Below are positions 1 through 9,956 of a stretch of DNA of 64,000 nt, one piece after another (the stretch's first letter is position 1; each line of letters opens with the position of its first letter). The stretch is from a bacterium. Lineage in GTDB: Bacteria; Patescibacteriota; JABMPQ01; JAUVWW01. The notes under the pieces are model-generated. The model was not told the origin of the DNA. It worked only from the letters and a program-made list of their open reading frames with translations, and made no database searches. The stretch spans positions 70,716-134,715 of the forward strand of contig JAUVWW010000001.1 in assembly GCA_030603885.1 (NCBI GenBank), read 5' to 3'. The position numbers and the translations under genes were made by a program.

Positions 1-19
1 CCAGGAAAGGAAAAAATCA

Positions 20-409
20 ATGGCAAGAATAGCCGGGGTAGAAATACCTCAAGACAAACAAATATGGATTGCTTTAACCTATATTTATGGCATAGGGAGT
101 ACTTTGAGTTCTAAAATTTTAAGAGAAAAAGGGATAGACCCCAAAAGACGGACCAAAGATTTGACCGAAGAGGAGCTTTCTAATTTAAGAGAAATTATTG
201 AAAAAAACCATAAGGTAGAAGGAGAGCTAAGACGAGCCAGGATGCTTGATATTAAAAGACTTAAAGAAATTGGAAGTTGGAGAGGTACAAGACATGCTAA
301 AGGGTTACCTGTGAGGGGGCAGCGGACCCGAACTAACTCAAGAACTGTCAGAGGTAATGTAAGAAGAACAGCAGGTTCAGGTAAAAGAACAGCACCCGAG
401 AAAACCTAA
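20..409 (+). CDS. rpsM: 30S ribosomal protein S13
   Basis: MARIAGV...[10 protein letters not shown]...[15 protein letters not shown]; first gene of alpha-operon order. Confidence 0.98.
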   Translation: MARIAGVEIPQDKQIWIALTYIYGIGSTLSSKILREKGIDPKRRTKDLTEEELSNLREIIEKNHKVEGELRRARMLDIKRLKEIGSWRGTRHAKGLPVRGQRTRTNSRTVRGNVRRTAGSGKRTAPEKT

Positions 410-437
410 TTTAGGTACCTAATCAACTATAGTATCC

Positions 438-863
438 ATGGGAAAAAAACGCATTAAAAAAATTGAAGCAGAGAAGATAGAGATTAAAGCCAAGAAAAAG
501 AAAAAGATAGAACATAAGTTAACCAAAGGTAAAGCTTATATTCAATCTACTTATAATAATACTTTGATTACTATCACTGACATGGCAGGAAATGTCATTG
601 TTTGGTCTTCTGCAGGATCGATTGGATTTAAAGGTCCCAAAAAGGCTACCCCTTATGCTGCCTCATTGGTGGCTAAAAATATTGCAGAGAAGGTAAAGGA
701 TACAGGTCTTAAAGAGATAGATGTATATGTAAAAGGTATTGGTTCGGGTCGAGAATCAGCTATTAGAGCTTTGAATAATGAGGGTCTCTCAGTTATTTCT
801 ATAAAAGATGTTACTCCCATTCCTCACAATGGCTGTCGAGCGAGGAAAGTAAGACGAGTCTAG
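438..863 (+). CDS. rpsK: 30S ribosomal protein S11
   Basis: [12 protein letters not shown]...KKATPYAA...[11 protein letters not shown]. Confidence 0.98.
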   Translation: MGKKRIKKIEAEKIEIKAKKKKKIEHKLTKGKAYIQSTYNNTLITITDMAGNVIVWSSAGSIGFKGPKKATPYAASLVAKNIAEKVKDTGLKEIDVYVKGIGSGRESAIRALNNEGLSVISIKDVTPIPHNGCRARKVRRV

Positions 864-886
864 TGTCAATATAACCTCATGTTATT

Positions 887-1507
887 ATGAAAATAAATGC
901 CGTATGTAGACAATGTAGACGAGCGGGTGTGAAGCTTTTTTTGAAAGGAGAAAAATGCTTCTCTGCTAAGTGTCCTATGGTAAAAAGAAAATATCCTCCT
1001 GGCGTTCATGGTCCAAAGGGCCCAGTGAGGCTAAGTGAATTCGGGATTCAGCTTCGAGAAAAACAAAAAGCTAAGAAGATTTATGGAATAAGAGAAAAAC
1101 AGTTTAGAAAATATTATGAGCATGTTTCTAAAAGAGACCAGCCAGGAGAGGAATTAATTAGACTTCTTGAGTCTAGATTGGATAATGTAGTTTTTAGATT
1201 AGGTTTTGCTACCTCAAGACATCAGGCAAGACAGAGTGTGAGCCATAGTCATATTAAAGTTAACAAACGAAAAGTAAATATCCCTTCATATCAAGTTAAA
1301 GTAGGAGATACTATAGAAGTTAAGCAAGAAAGTAGAAAGAAAGCTTTTTTTATTAATTTAACTAAGAAATTAGCCAAACTGAAACCTCCCTCCTGGCTAA
1401 CTGTTGATCCCAAGAATCTTTTAGGAGAAGTTACATCAACTCCTACTTCAAAAGAACTTGAGCAGAGTATTGACACCAGCCTTATTATAGAGTTTTATTC
1501 AAGATAA
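887..1507 (+). CDS. rpsD: 30S ribosomal protein S4 (Cys/Zn-type N-terminus)
   Basis: CRQCRR..KLFLKGEKC, QLREKQK, LESRLDNVVFRLG, IIEFYSR. Confidence 0.98.
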   Translation: MKINAVCRQCRRAGVKLFLKGEKCFSAKCPMVKRKYPPGVHGPKGPVRLSEFGIQLREKQKAKKIYGIREKQFRKYYEHVSKRDQPGEELIRLLESRLDNVVFRLGFATSRHQARQSVSHSHIKVNKRKVNIPSYQVKVGDTIEVKQESRKKAFFINLTKKLAKLKPPSWLTVDPKNLLGEVTSTPTSKELEQSIDTSLIIEFYSR

Positions 1508-1512
1508 TAATA

Positions 1513-1588
1513 CACTAATCAAACACTAGTTCTATCACGAATCACACTAATTCGTATAATTAGTGGGAAAATTCGTGATTGATTAGTG
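1513..1588. repeat. Nested inverted repeat built from cac(t/g)aat units
   Basis: cactaatc/gattagtg, atcacgaat/attcgtgat and cactaatt/aattagtg pair in nested fashion across the rpsD-rpoA spacer. Confidence 0.6.
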
Positions 1589-1599
1589 AATCAAAATTC

Positions 1600-2535
1600 A
1601 TGGAGGAAATCTCATTGCCTAAGAACGTCGAAGTAAAAAAAGAAAAGGATAACCAGGCTACAATTGTAATTGAACCTTGTTATCCAGGCTATGGCACAAC
1701 AATAGGTAATGCCCTAAGAAGAGTGCTACTTTCTTCTTTGTCAGGGGCAGCAGTAACATCTATTAAAATAAAAGGAGCAGGGCATGAATTTTCTACTATC
1801 CCTCACATAAAAGAGGATATAATGGAAATCGTCCTCAATCTTAAAAATTTAAGGCTAAAAATACATACAAAAGAACCAGTAAAACTTCATTTGCTTAGCA
1901 AAGGCGAAAAGAAAATTTTAGCCAAGGATATAAAAGTCCCAAGCCAATGCGAAATTGTTAATCCTAGTCTTCTTATAGCTACAGCCACTCATAAAGATGC
2001 TGTATTAGATATGGAGATTGAAGCTAATCAGGGTAGAGGTTATGTGCCCGTAGAACAAAAAGAAAAAGAGGTTGAGGTAGGAAAGATTTTAGTAGATTCT
2101 ATTTTTACCCCGGTCTTAAAAGTAGGATATCAAGTTGAAAATGTTAGAGTCGGAAAAAGAACAGATTTTGATAAATTAATCTTGGATATTACTACCGATG
2201 GTACGCTAACGCCAGCTGAAGCTTTAGCACAGGTCTCTAAAATATTAATAGATCAGTTCTCTTTTATCTTCTCTAGCACTAAGCCCAAAGAGGTTCCCAA
2301 AGAAAGGAAAGAAGTTATTAAGGCAAAACCTAAAGAAGTCCCAGAGGCTACCCCCATTAAAGAGCTGAAACTTTCTACTCATACTTTCAATGTTCTAACA
2401 AAAGCTAAAATCGTCAGCGCAGGTGAGGTTGTAAAATTAACCGAAAAAGAATTGCTTGCACTTGAAGGACTCGGGAAGACAGCCTTGAAAGAGTTAAGAA
2501 AAGAGTTAAAAAAGTTGGGGCTGGAAATTAAGTAA
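1600..2535 (+). CDS. rpoA: RNA polymerase alpha subunit (with alpha-CTD)
   Basis: IEPCYPGYGTTIGNALRRVLLSSL, VENVRVGKRTDFDKLILDI; ATG at 1600 preferred to TTG at 1579. Confidence 0.97.
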   Translation: MEEISLPKNVEVKKEKDNQATIVIEPCYPGYGTTIGNALRRVLLSSLSGAAVTSIKIKGAGHEFSTIPHIKEDIMEIVLNLKNLRLKIHTKEPVKLHLLSKGEKKILAKDIKVPSQCEIVNPSLLIATATHKDAVLDMEIEANQGRGYVPVEQKEKEVEVGKILVDSIFTPVLKVGYQVENVRVGKRTDFDKLILDITTDGTLTPAEALAQVSKILIDQFSFIFSSTKPKEVPKERKEVIKAKPKEVPEATPIKELKLSTHTFNVLTKAKIVSAGEVVKLTEKELLALEGLGKTALKELRKELKKLGLEIK

Positions 2536-2541
2536 GTCTAA

Positions 2542-2892
2542 ATGACCCATCGTAAAAAGGAAAGAAAATTAGGTAGAAAAATAGGGCCGAGAAAAGCATT
2601 AGCCAAAAATCTCATCACATCGTTAATTTTGCATAATAAGATTAAAACTACCAAAGCTAAGGCTAAGTTTATCCAACCTAAAGTTGAAAGGATTATTACT
2701 ATAGCTAAAAAAAAGACCCTTGCTTCGAAGAGGCGCATTCACGCATTATTAGTTAGTAAAAAAGCAGAAAAGAAAATTATTAGCGAGTTGGTTGAGAAAT
2801 ACAAGGAGAGAAAGAGTGGTTTTACTAGAATTTTGAAAATTGGAAGAAGAAAAGGCGATGGGGCAGAGATGGTGCAGATAGAGTTTGTATAA
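2542..2892 (+). CDS. rplQ: 50S ribosomal protein L17
   Basis: MTHRKKERKLGR...IKTTKAKAK...GFTRILKIGRRKGDGA. Confidence 0.97.
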   Translation: MTHRKKERKLGRKIGPRKALAKNLITSLILHNKIKTTKAKAKFIQPKVERIITIAKKKTLASKRRIHALLVSKKAEKKIISELVEKYKERKSGFTRILKIGRRKGDGAEMVQIEFV

Positions 2893-2934
2893 TCACGAAT
2901 TTAAATCAAATTTAGCCTCGAATATTCACCAATA

Positions 2935-3351
2935 ATGAGAACATATGTTCCCAAGAAAATCGAGCGCCGATGGCATCTAATTGATGCCAAGGATAAGGTA
3001 TTAGGAAGGCTAGCTGTCCAGGTAGCTACTTTACTTTCTGGGAAACATAAGCCAATCTATACTCCTAATATCGATGTAGGAGATTATGTGGTGGTTATTA
3101 ATGTTCAGGATATAAAAGTAACTGGAAAGAAATTGGAGCAAAAAAAATACTGGCGCTATACTGGCTATCCAGGAGGAATAAGAGCAAGAACTTTAAAAGA
3201 ACAAAAAGCTCAAGATCCAGCTAAAGTGATTGTCCATGCCGTAAGAGGAATGCTACCTCGAAACAGACTAAGGGAAGGAAGACTAAAGAGACTAAAAGTT
3301 TTTGTAGGAGCAGAACATCCATATAAGAAACAAATGACAAGTAAAAAGTAA
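2935..3351 (+). CDS. rplM: 50S ribosomal protein L13
   Basis: WHLIDAKDKVLGRLA...GKHKPIYTPNIDVGDYVVVIN...YTGYPGG...AVRGMLP. Confidence 0.98.
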   Translation: MRTYVPKKIERRWHLIDAKDKVLGRLAVQVATLLSGKHKPIYTPNIDVGDYVVVINVQDIKVTGKKLEQKKYWRYTGYPGGIRARTLKEQKAQDPAKVIVHAVRGMLPRNRLREGRLKRLKVFVGAEHPYKKQMTSKK

Positions 3352-3369
3352 CAAATTGCTAATTGTTAT

Positions 3370-3819
3370 ATGCCCAAAACAATAACTAAGAAAAAAGAAG
3401 AAACTATAAAAAAAGAAATACCTAAACCAGCAGGTAAATATGTTTATGCTGTAGGTCGGAGAAAAGAATCTTCGGCCCGAGTGCGGCTTTATTCTGGAAA
3501 AGGTAGGATTACAATTAATAAAAAAGAGTATAGGCAATACTTTCCTATTTTTTATTTACAAAAGAAAGTTCTTGAGCCTCTAAGGTTAACAAAACTTCTG
3601 AATAAATTTGATATATCTATTAAAGTAACAGGTGGAGGAATCCGAGGTCAAGCCGAGGCTATAAGATTAGGAATTGCAAGATGTCTCATCAAACATGATG
3701 TTAAACTTAGACCCTCTTTAAAAGCAGCTGGCTTTCTAAAGCGTGATGCCAGAGTAAAAGAAAGAAAAAAGCCCGGTCTCAAACGTGCCCGCAAAGCTCC
3801 ACAGTGGGCTAAAAGATAA
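3370..3819 (+). CDS. rpsI: 30S ribosomal protein S9
   Basis: GRRKESSARVRL...GGGIRGQAEAIRLGIAR...ERKKPGLKRARKAPQWAKR. Confidence 0.98.
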   Translation: MPKTITKKKEETIKKEIPKPAGKYVYAVGRRKESSARVRLYSGKGRITINKKEYRQYFPIFYLQKKVLEPLRLTKLLNKFDISIKVTGGGIRGQAEAIRLGIARCLIKHDVKLRPSLKAAGFLKRDARVKERKKPGLKRARKAPQWAKR

Positions 3820-3839
3820 ACAAGGCATATAACTATAAG

Positions 3840-5312
3840 TTAGTAAATTTTAGCTTGGTATATATTTTTTACTTTGTCTTTCTTGTCTATAAAATAAACC
3901 ACTTTTCCTTTCAATCTACAAGCCACTTTTGGATCATCAACATTTACTTTTCCTAATTCATAGACATTTCGTTTGTCTCTACCGTCAAGCTCTATTATCT
4001 TGATGGTATTTTTTACTACAAAAACAACGTGCTGGAAATCTGGATACCAGAGGCAGTCTTGGATTTTCTCTGAATAGCGGGTGATTAATTCCTGCTGAGG
4101 TTCTTCTAATTCGATATCAAAATCTTCGTCTACAAAACGTAACACAAAAATCTCATAATCATTTTGATAAAGTAATTTATGTTGTAAGGAATCCCACATT
4201 ACCTTTTGTGTTTTGTCTGAAATTTTTTGTAATTTATCTTCTTTATTTAAAATGTACAAAGCCTGGTCTTTTCCCAATCTTAAGACAACCCTTTTTTTGC
4301 CAGCTAGAATTTCACAGGATTCTTCAGCGCCTAGGTCTGAAATATCCGCAATTATCTCTTCCTCTAAAGTGGCTAAGCCCTTTTTTGCAAGTTGGAATGT
4401 TGGCTTAGATTTTTCAATATTCTCAGTATCTTTCAGCGTCTCAGTAACATAATACACATCTTGGTTTATTGTAGCAAAGTCTAGGACTTGAGTAGCTAGC
4501 ACAGGAGAAAGGGTTTTTCGATCTAATTTAATGCTATAGAAATTACCTTGATTTAGCCAAAAAATCTCATTCGAATCTTTAGGATGCCATTTAACCTTTT
4601 CCATTTCAAACTTAAATAGATCTTCTAGGAAAATTATATCTTGAGGTTGATTAGTATTAATGATTACATGATAAGTTAACTGATGTGGCTTAGTTTCTTT
4701 CTCGAAAGATTTTGTCTTATATTGAACTAGCACTTTTTCCGAATCTGGGGACCATTTTATATCAGAAAAAACAAGTCCTTCTAGGACTTTAGCAAACTCT
4801 TCTTTTGATTTTGGAAAAAGTTTTGAGGAGTTATGTGATGCTACATCTAGAAGCCAGATGCCTGCCTCTTCCCCACTGGTGATGGTATAGGCTATTTTCT
4901 TAGCATTAGGAGATAATACGTATTGATCAATTCCAGAATTGATAATTTGTGTCACCTCTGGCTCAGAGAGGAATAGCCTAGCATGTTTTATAGGGGTAGC
5001 TACTCTAAGTTCGACTGTTAACTTTTTCTCCCAAATACTATAACCCTCTTTTTGTAGTTTAACTACATAATCTCTAGGCACAAGATCTCTTATTCTGGCA
5101 TAGGTTCGTCTTGCTTTCAATTTGTCATTAACAAATATATTGACAGTCCTGGGTATGCATTTAACTGTGATCATACCCATCTGAGTTATCCTTTTTTGCT
5201 CAAAATCCCAGCGGAAGCCTGTAGCATAAAGAACTATCAAGGGAGCAATAATAAGAAAAGCAATTATAGCTAGGAAAAAGAGGAGTCTTCTGATGTGTAT
5301 ATTTATGGGCAT
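3840..5312 (-). CDS. Membrane-anchored PEGA-domain protein with TolB/WD40-like beta-propeller
   Basis: N-terminal TM (IIAPLIVLYATG), PEGA-like YVVKLQKEGYSIWEKKLTV, propeller blades LSPNAKKIAY / WSPDSEKVL / WYPDFQHV. Confidence 0.75.
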   Translation of the reverse strand: MPINIHIRRLLFFLAIIAFLIIAPLIVLYATGFRWDFEQKRITQMGMITVKCIPRTVNIFVNDKLKARRTYARIRDLVPRDYVVKLQKEGYSIWEKKLTVELRVATPIKHARLFLSEPEVTQIINSGIDQYVLSPNAKKIAYTITSGEEAGIWLLDVASHNSSKLFPKSKEEFAKVLEGLVFSDIKWSPDSEKVLVQYKTKSFEKETKPHQLTYHVIINTNQPQDIIFLEDLFKFEMEKVKWHPKDSNEIFWLNQGNFYSIKLDRKTLSPVLATQVLDFATINQDVYYVTETLKDTENIEKSKPTFQLAKKGLATLEEEIIADISDLGAEESCEILAGKKRVVLRLGKDQALYILNKEDKLQKISDKTQKVMWDSLQHKLLYQNDYEIFVLRFVDEDFDIELEEPQQELITRYSEKIQDCLWYPDFQHVVFVVKNTIKIIELDGRDKRNVYELGKVNVDDPKVACRLKGKVVYFIDKKDKVKNIYQAKIY

Positions 5313-5390
5313 AGCAAAGAATTTAGAATTTAGAACTAAGAATTAAAACTAGTATAAGTATGTTATCATATTTGTCGATTCTGTAAAGGT

Positions 5391-5419
5391 TTGCAAATTT
5401 TTTTTAGATGAGATACTAT
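5391..5419 (+). promoter_or_regulatory. Putative sigma70 promoter of murA
   Basis: TTGCAA-17 nt-TACTAT. Confidence 0.5.
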
Positions 5420-5445
5420 ATATTAAAGTTATAATTTTGCTTTCT

Positions 5446-6702
5446 ATGGAGAAATTCATTATTCAAGGAAAAAACCTACTTAAAGGAGAAATTTCTGTAT
5501 CTGGAGCCAAAAATTCGGCCCTAAAGTTACTTGCTGCTTCTATTTTAATCCCTGAAGAATGTAGAATTACTAATGTGCCGGATATTGCTGATATTAGGGT
5601 AATGGTTGATATACTTAAGGATCTTGGGGCTGAGGTAAGGCAGAAAAATACTCACGAATATATTATAAATACTAAGAATGTTAAAAAGACAGAGATTAAC
5701 CCGGATTTAGCTGCAAGACTTCGTTCTTCTATTATGCTGGTTACTCCTTTACTGGCTCGTTTTGGAGAAGTGAAATTTCCTTATCCCGGAGGATGTATTA
5801 TTGGAAAAAGGCCTATTGATATATTTCTAGAAGGATTTAAAGCTTTTGGAGCGGAAGTCGAGGAGAAAAATAGCTATTTTCATATCAAGGCAAAAAGATT
5901 AAAAGGATGTAGATTTGTTTTTCCTTGGATTGCTGTGACAGTAACAGAAAGTCTAATCATGGCAGCTATTTTGGCTGAAGGAACTACCATTTTAGAAAAC
6001 TGTGCCCAAGAGCCAGAGATTCAAGCTATGTGTGATTATTTCAATTCCTGTGGAGCAAAAATAAAAGGAGCAGGAACTTCTACTATAAAAATACAGGGAG
6101 TGAACGAAATTTCTGGTGGAACATTCCATGTCATTCCAGATAGAATAGAAACAGGGACATTTGCTGTTTTAGCGGCACTGGCTGGTGAAGGAATTAAGAT
6201 AAGTTCATGTAATCCTAAGCATCTTGAGGTTTTTTGGAAAATGTTAGGCAAAACAGGAGTAAAGCTTGACATAGAAAAAGATTTTGTCTATATTAAGAAA
6301 TCAAGTGATTTTAAGCCACTTGAGGTAAGAACTCATGAATATCCTGGTTTTGTGACAGATCTACAGTCCCCATTTACTGTTCTTTTGACTCAGGCAAATG
6401 GCTTAAGCTTAGTTCACGAGACTATTTACGAGGGGAGACTGCTTTATACAGACAAGTTAAACCGTATGGGAGCCAATATCATTATGTGTGATCCCCACAG
6501 GATAGTGATTCAAGGTCCAACTCCTTTGTATGGAGTAAAAATGGAAAGTCCAGATTTAAGAGCAGGTATGGCACTTTTGATAGCTGCTCTGACTGCCCAA
6601 GGAAAAAGCGAGATTGAGAATATTTATCAGATAGATAGGGGATACGAGAATATTGAGGAACGTTTAAAGAGGTTAGGAGCTGATATTAAAAGAGTAACTT
6701 AA
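5446..6702 (+). CDS. murA: UDP-N-acetylglucosamine 1-carboxyvinyltransferase
   Basis: SGAKNSAL, PGGCIIGKRPID (catalytic Cys), IPDRIETGT, DLRAG, IDRGYE; ATG at 5446. Confidence 0.97.
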   Translation: MEKFIIQGKNLLKGEISVSGAKNSALKLLAASILIPEECRITNVPDIADIRVMVDILKDLGAEVRQKNTHEYIINTKNVKKTEINPDLAARLRSSIMLVTPLLARFGEVKFPYPGGCIIGKRPIDIFLEGFKAFGAEVEEKNSYFHIKAKRLKGCRFVFPWIAVTVTESLIMAAILAEGTTILENCAQEPEIQAMCDYFNSCGAKIKGAGTSTIKIQGVNEISGGTFHVIPDRIETGTFAVLAALAGEGIKISSCNPKHLEVFWKMLGKTGVKLDIEKDFVYIKKSSDFKPLEVRTHEYPGFVTDLQSPFTVLLTQANGLSLVHETIYEGRLLYTDKLNRMGANIIMCDPHRIVIQGPTPLYGVKMESPDLRAGMALLIAALTAQGKSEIENIYQIDRGYENIEERLKRLGADIKRVT

Positions 6703-6729
6703 TTACTAAATTACTAGATTGTTAAAATC

Positions 6730-7737
6730 ATGTTTGTTAAAAAAGTAGGCATAGACTTAGGTACTGCTAACACCCTAGTCTGTATTCCAAAAAAGGGAAT
6801 CATAATTAATGAGCCCACAGTGGTGGCTATCTCTTTGGATGATAATAAAATTTTAGCTGTAGGTATAGAAGCAAAAGAGATGTTGGGCCGAACCCCAGAA
6901 ACTATTGTAGCTTCTCGACCTATGAAAGATGGGGTTATTGCTGATTATAGAATTACAGAGGCTATGCTTAGATATTTTATAGGAAAAGCTTTGGGAAACG
7001 TAAGATTTTTTAGACCTGAGGTTATGGTTTCTGTTCCAGCTGGAATTACTTCTACAGAAAGAAGAGCAGTTATTGATGCCACTATGCAAGCAGGAGCCAG
7101 AGCTGCCTATATCATAAAAGAACCAGTGGCAGCTGCTATTGGAGCGGGAATTCCCATAGCCGAGTCTTCAGGTAATATGGTTATCGATATTGGAGGAGGG
7201 ACAACAGAGGTAGCAGTTATTTCTTTGGGTGGAGTTGTAGCCTGTGATTCAGCCAGATGCGCAGGAAATAAACTAGATCAGGCTATTGCTGAATATATCC
7301 GTAAAAAACATGGTCTAGCTATTGGAGAGCGAACTGCGGAAGACATTAAAATAAAGATTGGCTCAGCCTTGCCTCTGGAAAAGGAAGGGACCATGGAGAT
7401 TAAAGGTCGAGATATGGTGGCTGGCTTACCTAAAACTATTTCCATCACATCTAATGAAGTAACAGAGGCTATGCAAGAAAACTTGAGGACTATTATTCAG
7501 GTAGTAAAGAACGTCTTACAGGAAACCCCTCCCGAGCTATCAGCCGATGTGATTAATAAAGGAATGGTTTTAACTGGAGGTGGGGGGTTATTGAAAAATT
7601 TAGATAAGTTAATGACTAAAATAACCGGAGTTCCTTGCTATGTAGCCGATGATGCTCTTTTGTGTGTAGCTAAAGGGACGGTAATTGCCTTAGAACATTT
7701 AGATTCATATAAGAGGAGTGTACTTTCGACGAAGTGA
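6730..7737 (+). CDS. mreB: MreB/Mbl-family actin homologue (murA-linked paralogue)
   Basis: GIDLGTANT, PMKDGVIAD, DIGGGTTEVAVISLGG, LTGGG. Confidence 0.93.
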   Translation: MFVKKVGIDLGTANTLVCIPKKGIIINEPTVVAISLDDNKILAVGIEAKEMLGRTPETIVASRPMKDGVIADYRITEAMLRYFIGKALGNVRFFRPEVMVSVPAGITSTERRAVIDATMQAGARAAYIIKEPVAAAIGAGIPIAESSGNMVIDIGGGTTEVAVISLGGVVACDSARCAGNKLDQAIAEYIRKKHGLAIGERTAEDIKIKIGSALPLEKEGTMEIKGRDMVAGLPKTISITSNEVTEAMQENLRTIIQVVKNVLQETPPELSADVINKGMVLTGGGGLLKNLDKLMTKITGVPCYVADDALLCVAKGTVIALEHLDSYKRSVLSTK

Positions 7738-7793
7738 CATCCAACATCCAAACATAGTGTTTTAAATGTTTAGATGCTTAAATGTTTAAATGA

Positions 7794-8885
7794 ATGACAA
7801 TTGGTATCGATGCATCAAGAGCTTCAATTAGGCAAAAAACAGGGACAGAAGTTTACTCTTATAACCTGATTAAACACTTAGCTAAGTGTGACCATAAAAA
7901 CCAATATATTCTCTATACTAATCGAGCCTTAAAGTTCGATTTTTTATTACCTAAAAATTTCAAGGTTAAAGTATTACCTTTTCTGAGATTTTGGACACAG
8001 ATCCGGCTAGCCTGGGAAATGCTGATTAGGCAGCCAGACATACTCTTTATCCCTGCCCATACTATTCCCTGGATCCATCCCAAAAATACAGTAGTTACCA
8101 TCCATGGCCTGGAATATGAACATTTTCCAGAAGCTTACTCAGGGTTTGATCTTTGGCATCTAAGAAAATCTACAAGACTAGCCTCAAAGTGGGCAAAAAA
8201 GATTATTACTATATCTAAGAATACTAAAAAAGATTTAATTAAGTTTTATGGAGTGAAGGATGAACAGGTGAAAGTGGTACATCTTGGTTATCAGAAGTAT
8301 GAGGTACGAAGTAAGAAGTATGGAGTAGCGGAAACCCTCAGGTTTCCGAAGCCTTATCTTTTATTTATTGGTCGTCTTGAGAAACGCAAAAATTTAGTTC
8401 GACTAGTCAAAGCTTTTGCTCGATTGAAAAATAATAAGAAAATTGTTCATAAATTAGTTCTGGCAGGCAAGCCCGGCTATGGATACGAACAAATAAAGTG
8501 TTCAATAAAGGATTTGGATTTAGAGAAGGATGTCATTTTGCCAGGCTATATTTCAGACAAGGATCTGCCTTACTTAATAAAAGGTGCAGATGTTTTTGTC
8601 TATCCATCTCTATACGAAGGATTTGGCATGCCTATTTTGGAAGCCATGAATTTAGGAGTGCCAGTGGTGACTTCTAATACTTCAGCCCTGCCAGAGATAG
8701 CAGGAGAGGCGGCGTTGTTAGTTGATCCAAAAAGTCCAGATGAAATTGCCAAAGCAATATATAAGTTGATTGAGGATGAAGATTTTAAAGATAGGCTAGT
8801 AAGAAAAGGGCTTAAACAAGCCAAAAAGTTCTCTTGGGAGAAATGTGCTAAGGAGACATTGACAGTTTTAGAATCTCTGAGATAA
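7794..8885 (+). CDS. GT4 (GT-B) glycosyltransferase
   Basis: FIGRLEKRKN, YPSLYEGFGMPILEAM, FSWEKCAKETL. Confidence 0.92.
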   Translation: MTIGIDASRASIRQKTGTEVYSYNLIKHLAKCDHKNQYILYTNRALKFDFLLPKNFKVKVLPFLRFWTQIRLAWEMLIRQPDILFIPAHTIPWIHPKNTVVTIHGLEYEHFPEAYSGFDLWHLRKSTRLASKWAKKIITISKNTKKDLIKFYGVKDEQVKVVHLGYQKYEVRSKKYGVAETLRFPKPYLLFIGRLEKRKNLVRLVKAFARLKNNKKIVHKLVLAGKPGYGYEQIKCSIKDLDLEKDVILPGYISDKDLPYLIKGADVFVYPSLYEGFGMPILEAMNLGVPVVTSNTSALPEIAGEAALLVDPKSPDEIAKAIYKLIEDEDFKDRLVRKGLKQAKKFSWEKCAKETLTVLESLR

Positions 8886-8966
8886 GAAGATTCATCTGAG
8901 ATTTGTCAGGTAAGCTTAGATATGCTAAACTGACACCGAAGGATTTCGTAACTAAAGAATGTAAAC

Positions 8967-9929
8967 ATGGCTAATATCAAGTTCAACTGGCCCATTTGGG
9001 GGCATAAACGAATTATCAAGTCCCTGCAAAATAGCATCCTCAATGATAAATTAACTCATGCTTATTTGTTTTCTGGTCCTCCTCAGATAGGAAAAATGAC
9101 AGTGGCTCGATATTTTTTAAAATCTATTCAATGCCAAGGTAATATGAGACCTTGCCAAAAATGTGAATCTTGTCTCAGTATAGAAAGAAACACCCATCTA
9201 GATACTGTGATAATAGACCACGAAAATTCCATCAAAATTGAAGATATGCGAGAGCTCCAGCATAAGTTTAGTCTTAAACATCAGGTGGGATATAAAATTG
9301 CTCTTATAAATAATGCTGAAAATATGACAGAGGAGGCAGCCAATTCTATCTTGAAGTTTCTTGAAGAACCCAAAGGCAAAGCTGTAATTATTCTAATCAC
9401 AGAAGCTAAACAAGCACTTCTTCCTACTATTATTTCAAGATGCCAAATCATTAAATTTCTACCTGTTCCCATTGATATTATAAAGAAAGAGTTGTATAAT
9501 TTAAGCAAAGATAAGCAAAAAGCGAGTGAAATTTCCTCTTTGTCTTTAGGGAGACCTGGTTTGGCTAGAGCTTTATTAGAGAGTCCAGAGATTATTAAGA
9601 AACAACAAAAGTTAGTTAGTCAACTAGAAAGGTTGTACTCTGCCAGATTGCTGGATAGGGTTAATTTCGTAGCTAAAGTAGCCAAAGACAAAGCTCTAAT
9701 TTCCGAAATTCTAGATACCTGGCTTGCTTACTTTAGAGATTCGTTATTAGCTCTCCTGAGGCAAGGAGACCTAAGTATGAGGCAATCGAAAGAAAGATTT
9801 CCTAAACCTAAGAAGTATTCCAAGAAAGAGATTTTAAGGTTAATTAAGCAAATATACCAAACTAAGCTTTTGCTGTCTTGGAATGTAAATCCTAGATTGG
9901 CTTTAGAGAATCTAGTTATTTCATTCTAA
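8967..9929 (+). CDS. holB: DNA polymerase III delta' subunit
   Basis: HAYLFSGPPQIGK, CQKCESC, AANSILKFLEEP, LLPTIISRCQ. Confidence 0.93.
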   Translation: MANIKFNWPIWGHKRIIKSLQNSILNDKLTHAYLFSGPPQIGKMTVARYFLKSIQCQGNMRPCQKCESCLSIERNTHLDTVIIDHENSIKIEDMRELQHKFSLKHQVGYKIALINNAENMTEEAANSILKFLEEPKGKAVIILITEAKQALLPTIISRCQIIKFLPVPIDIIKKELYNLSKDKQKASEISSLSLGRPGLARALLESPEIIKKQQKLVSQLERLYSARLLDRVNFVAKVAKDKALISEILDTWLAYFRDSLLALLRQGDLSMRQSKERFPKPKKYSKKEILRLIKQIYQTKLLLSWNVNPRLALENLVISF

Positions 9930-9956
9930 TAAAATAACAAAATAACAATTTATTCT

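Noticed and set aside
8904-8935. tgtcag...ctgaca hairpin before holB as a riboswitch or ncRNA
   Set aside because: Short imperfect stem, single copy, no recognisable aptamer
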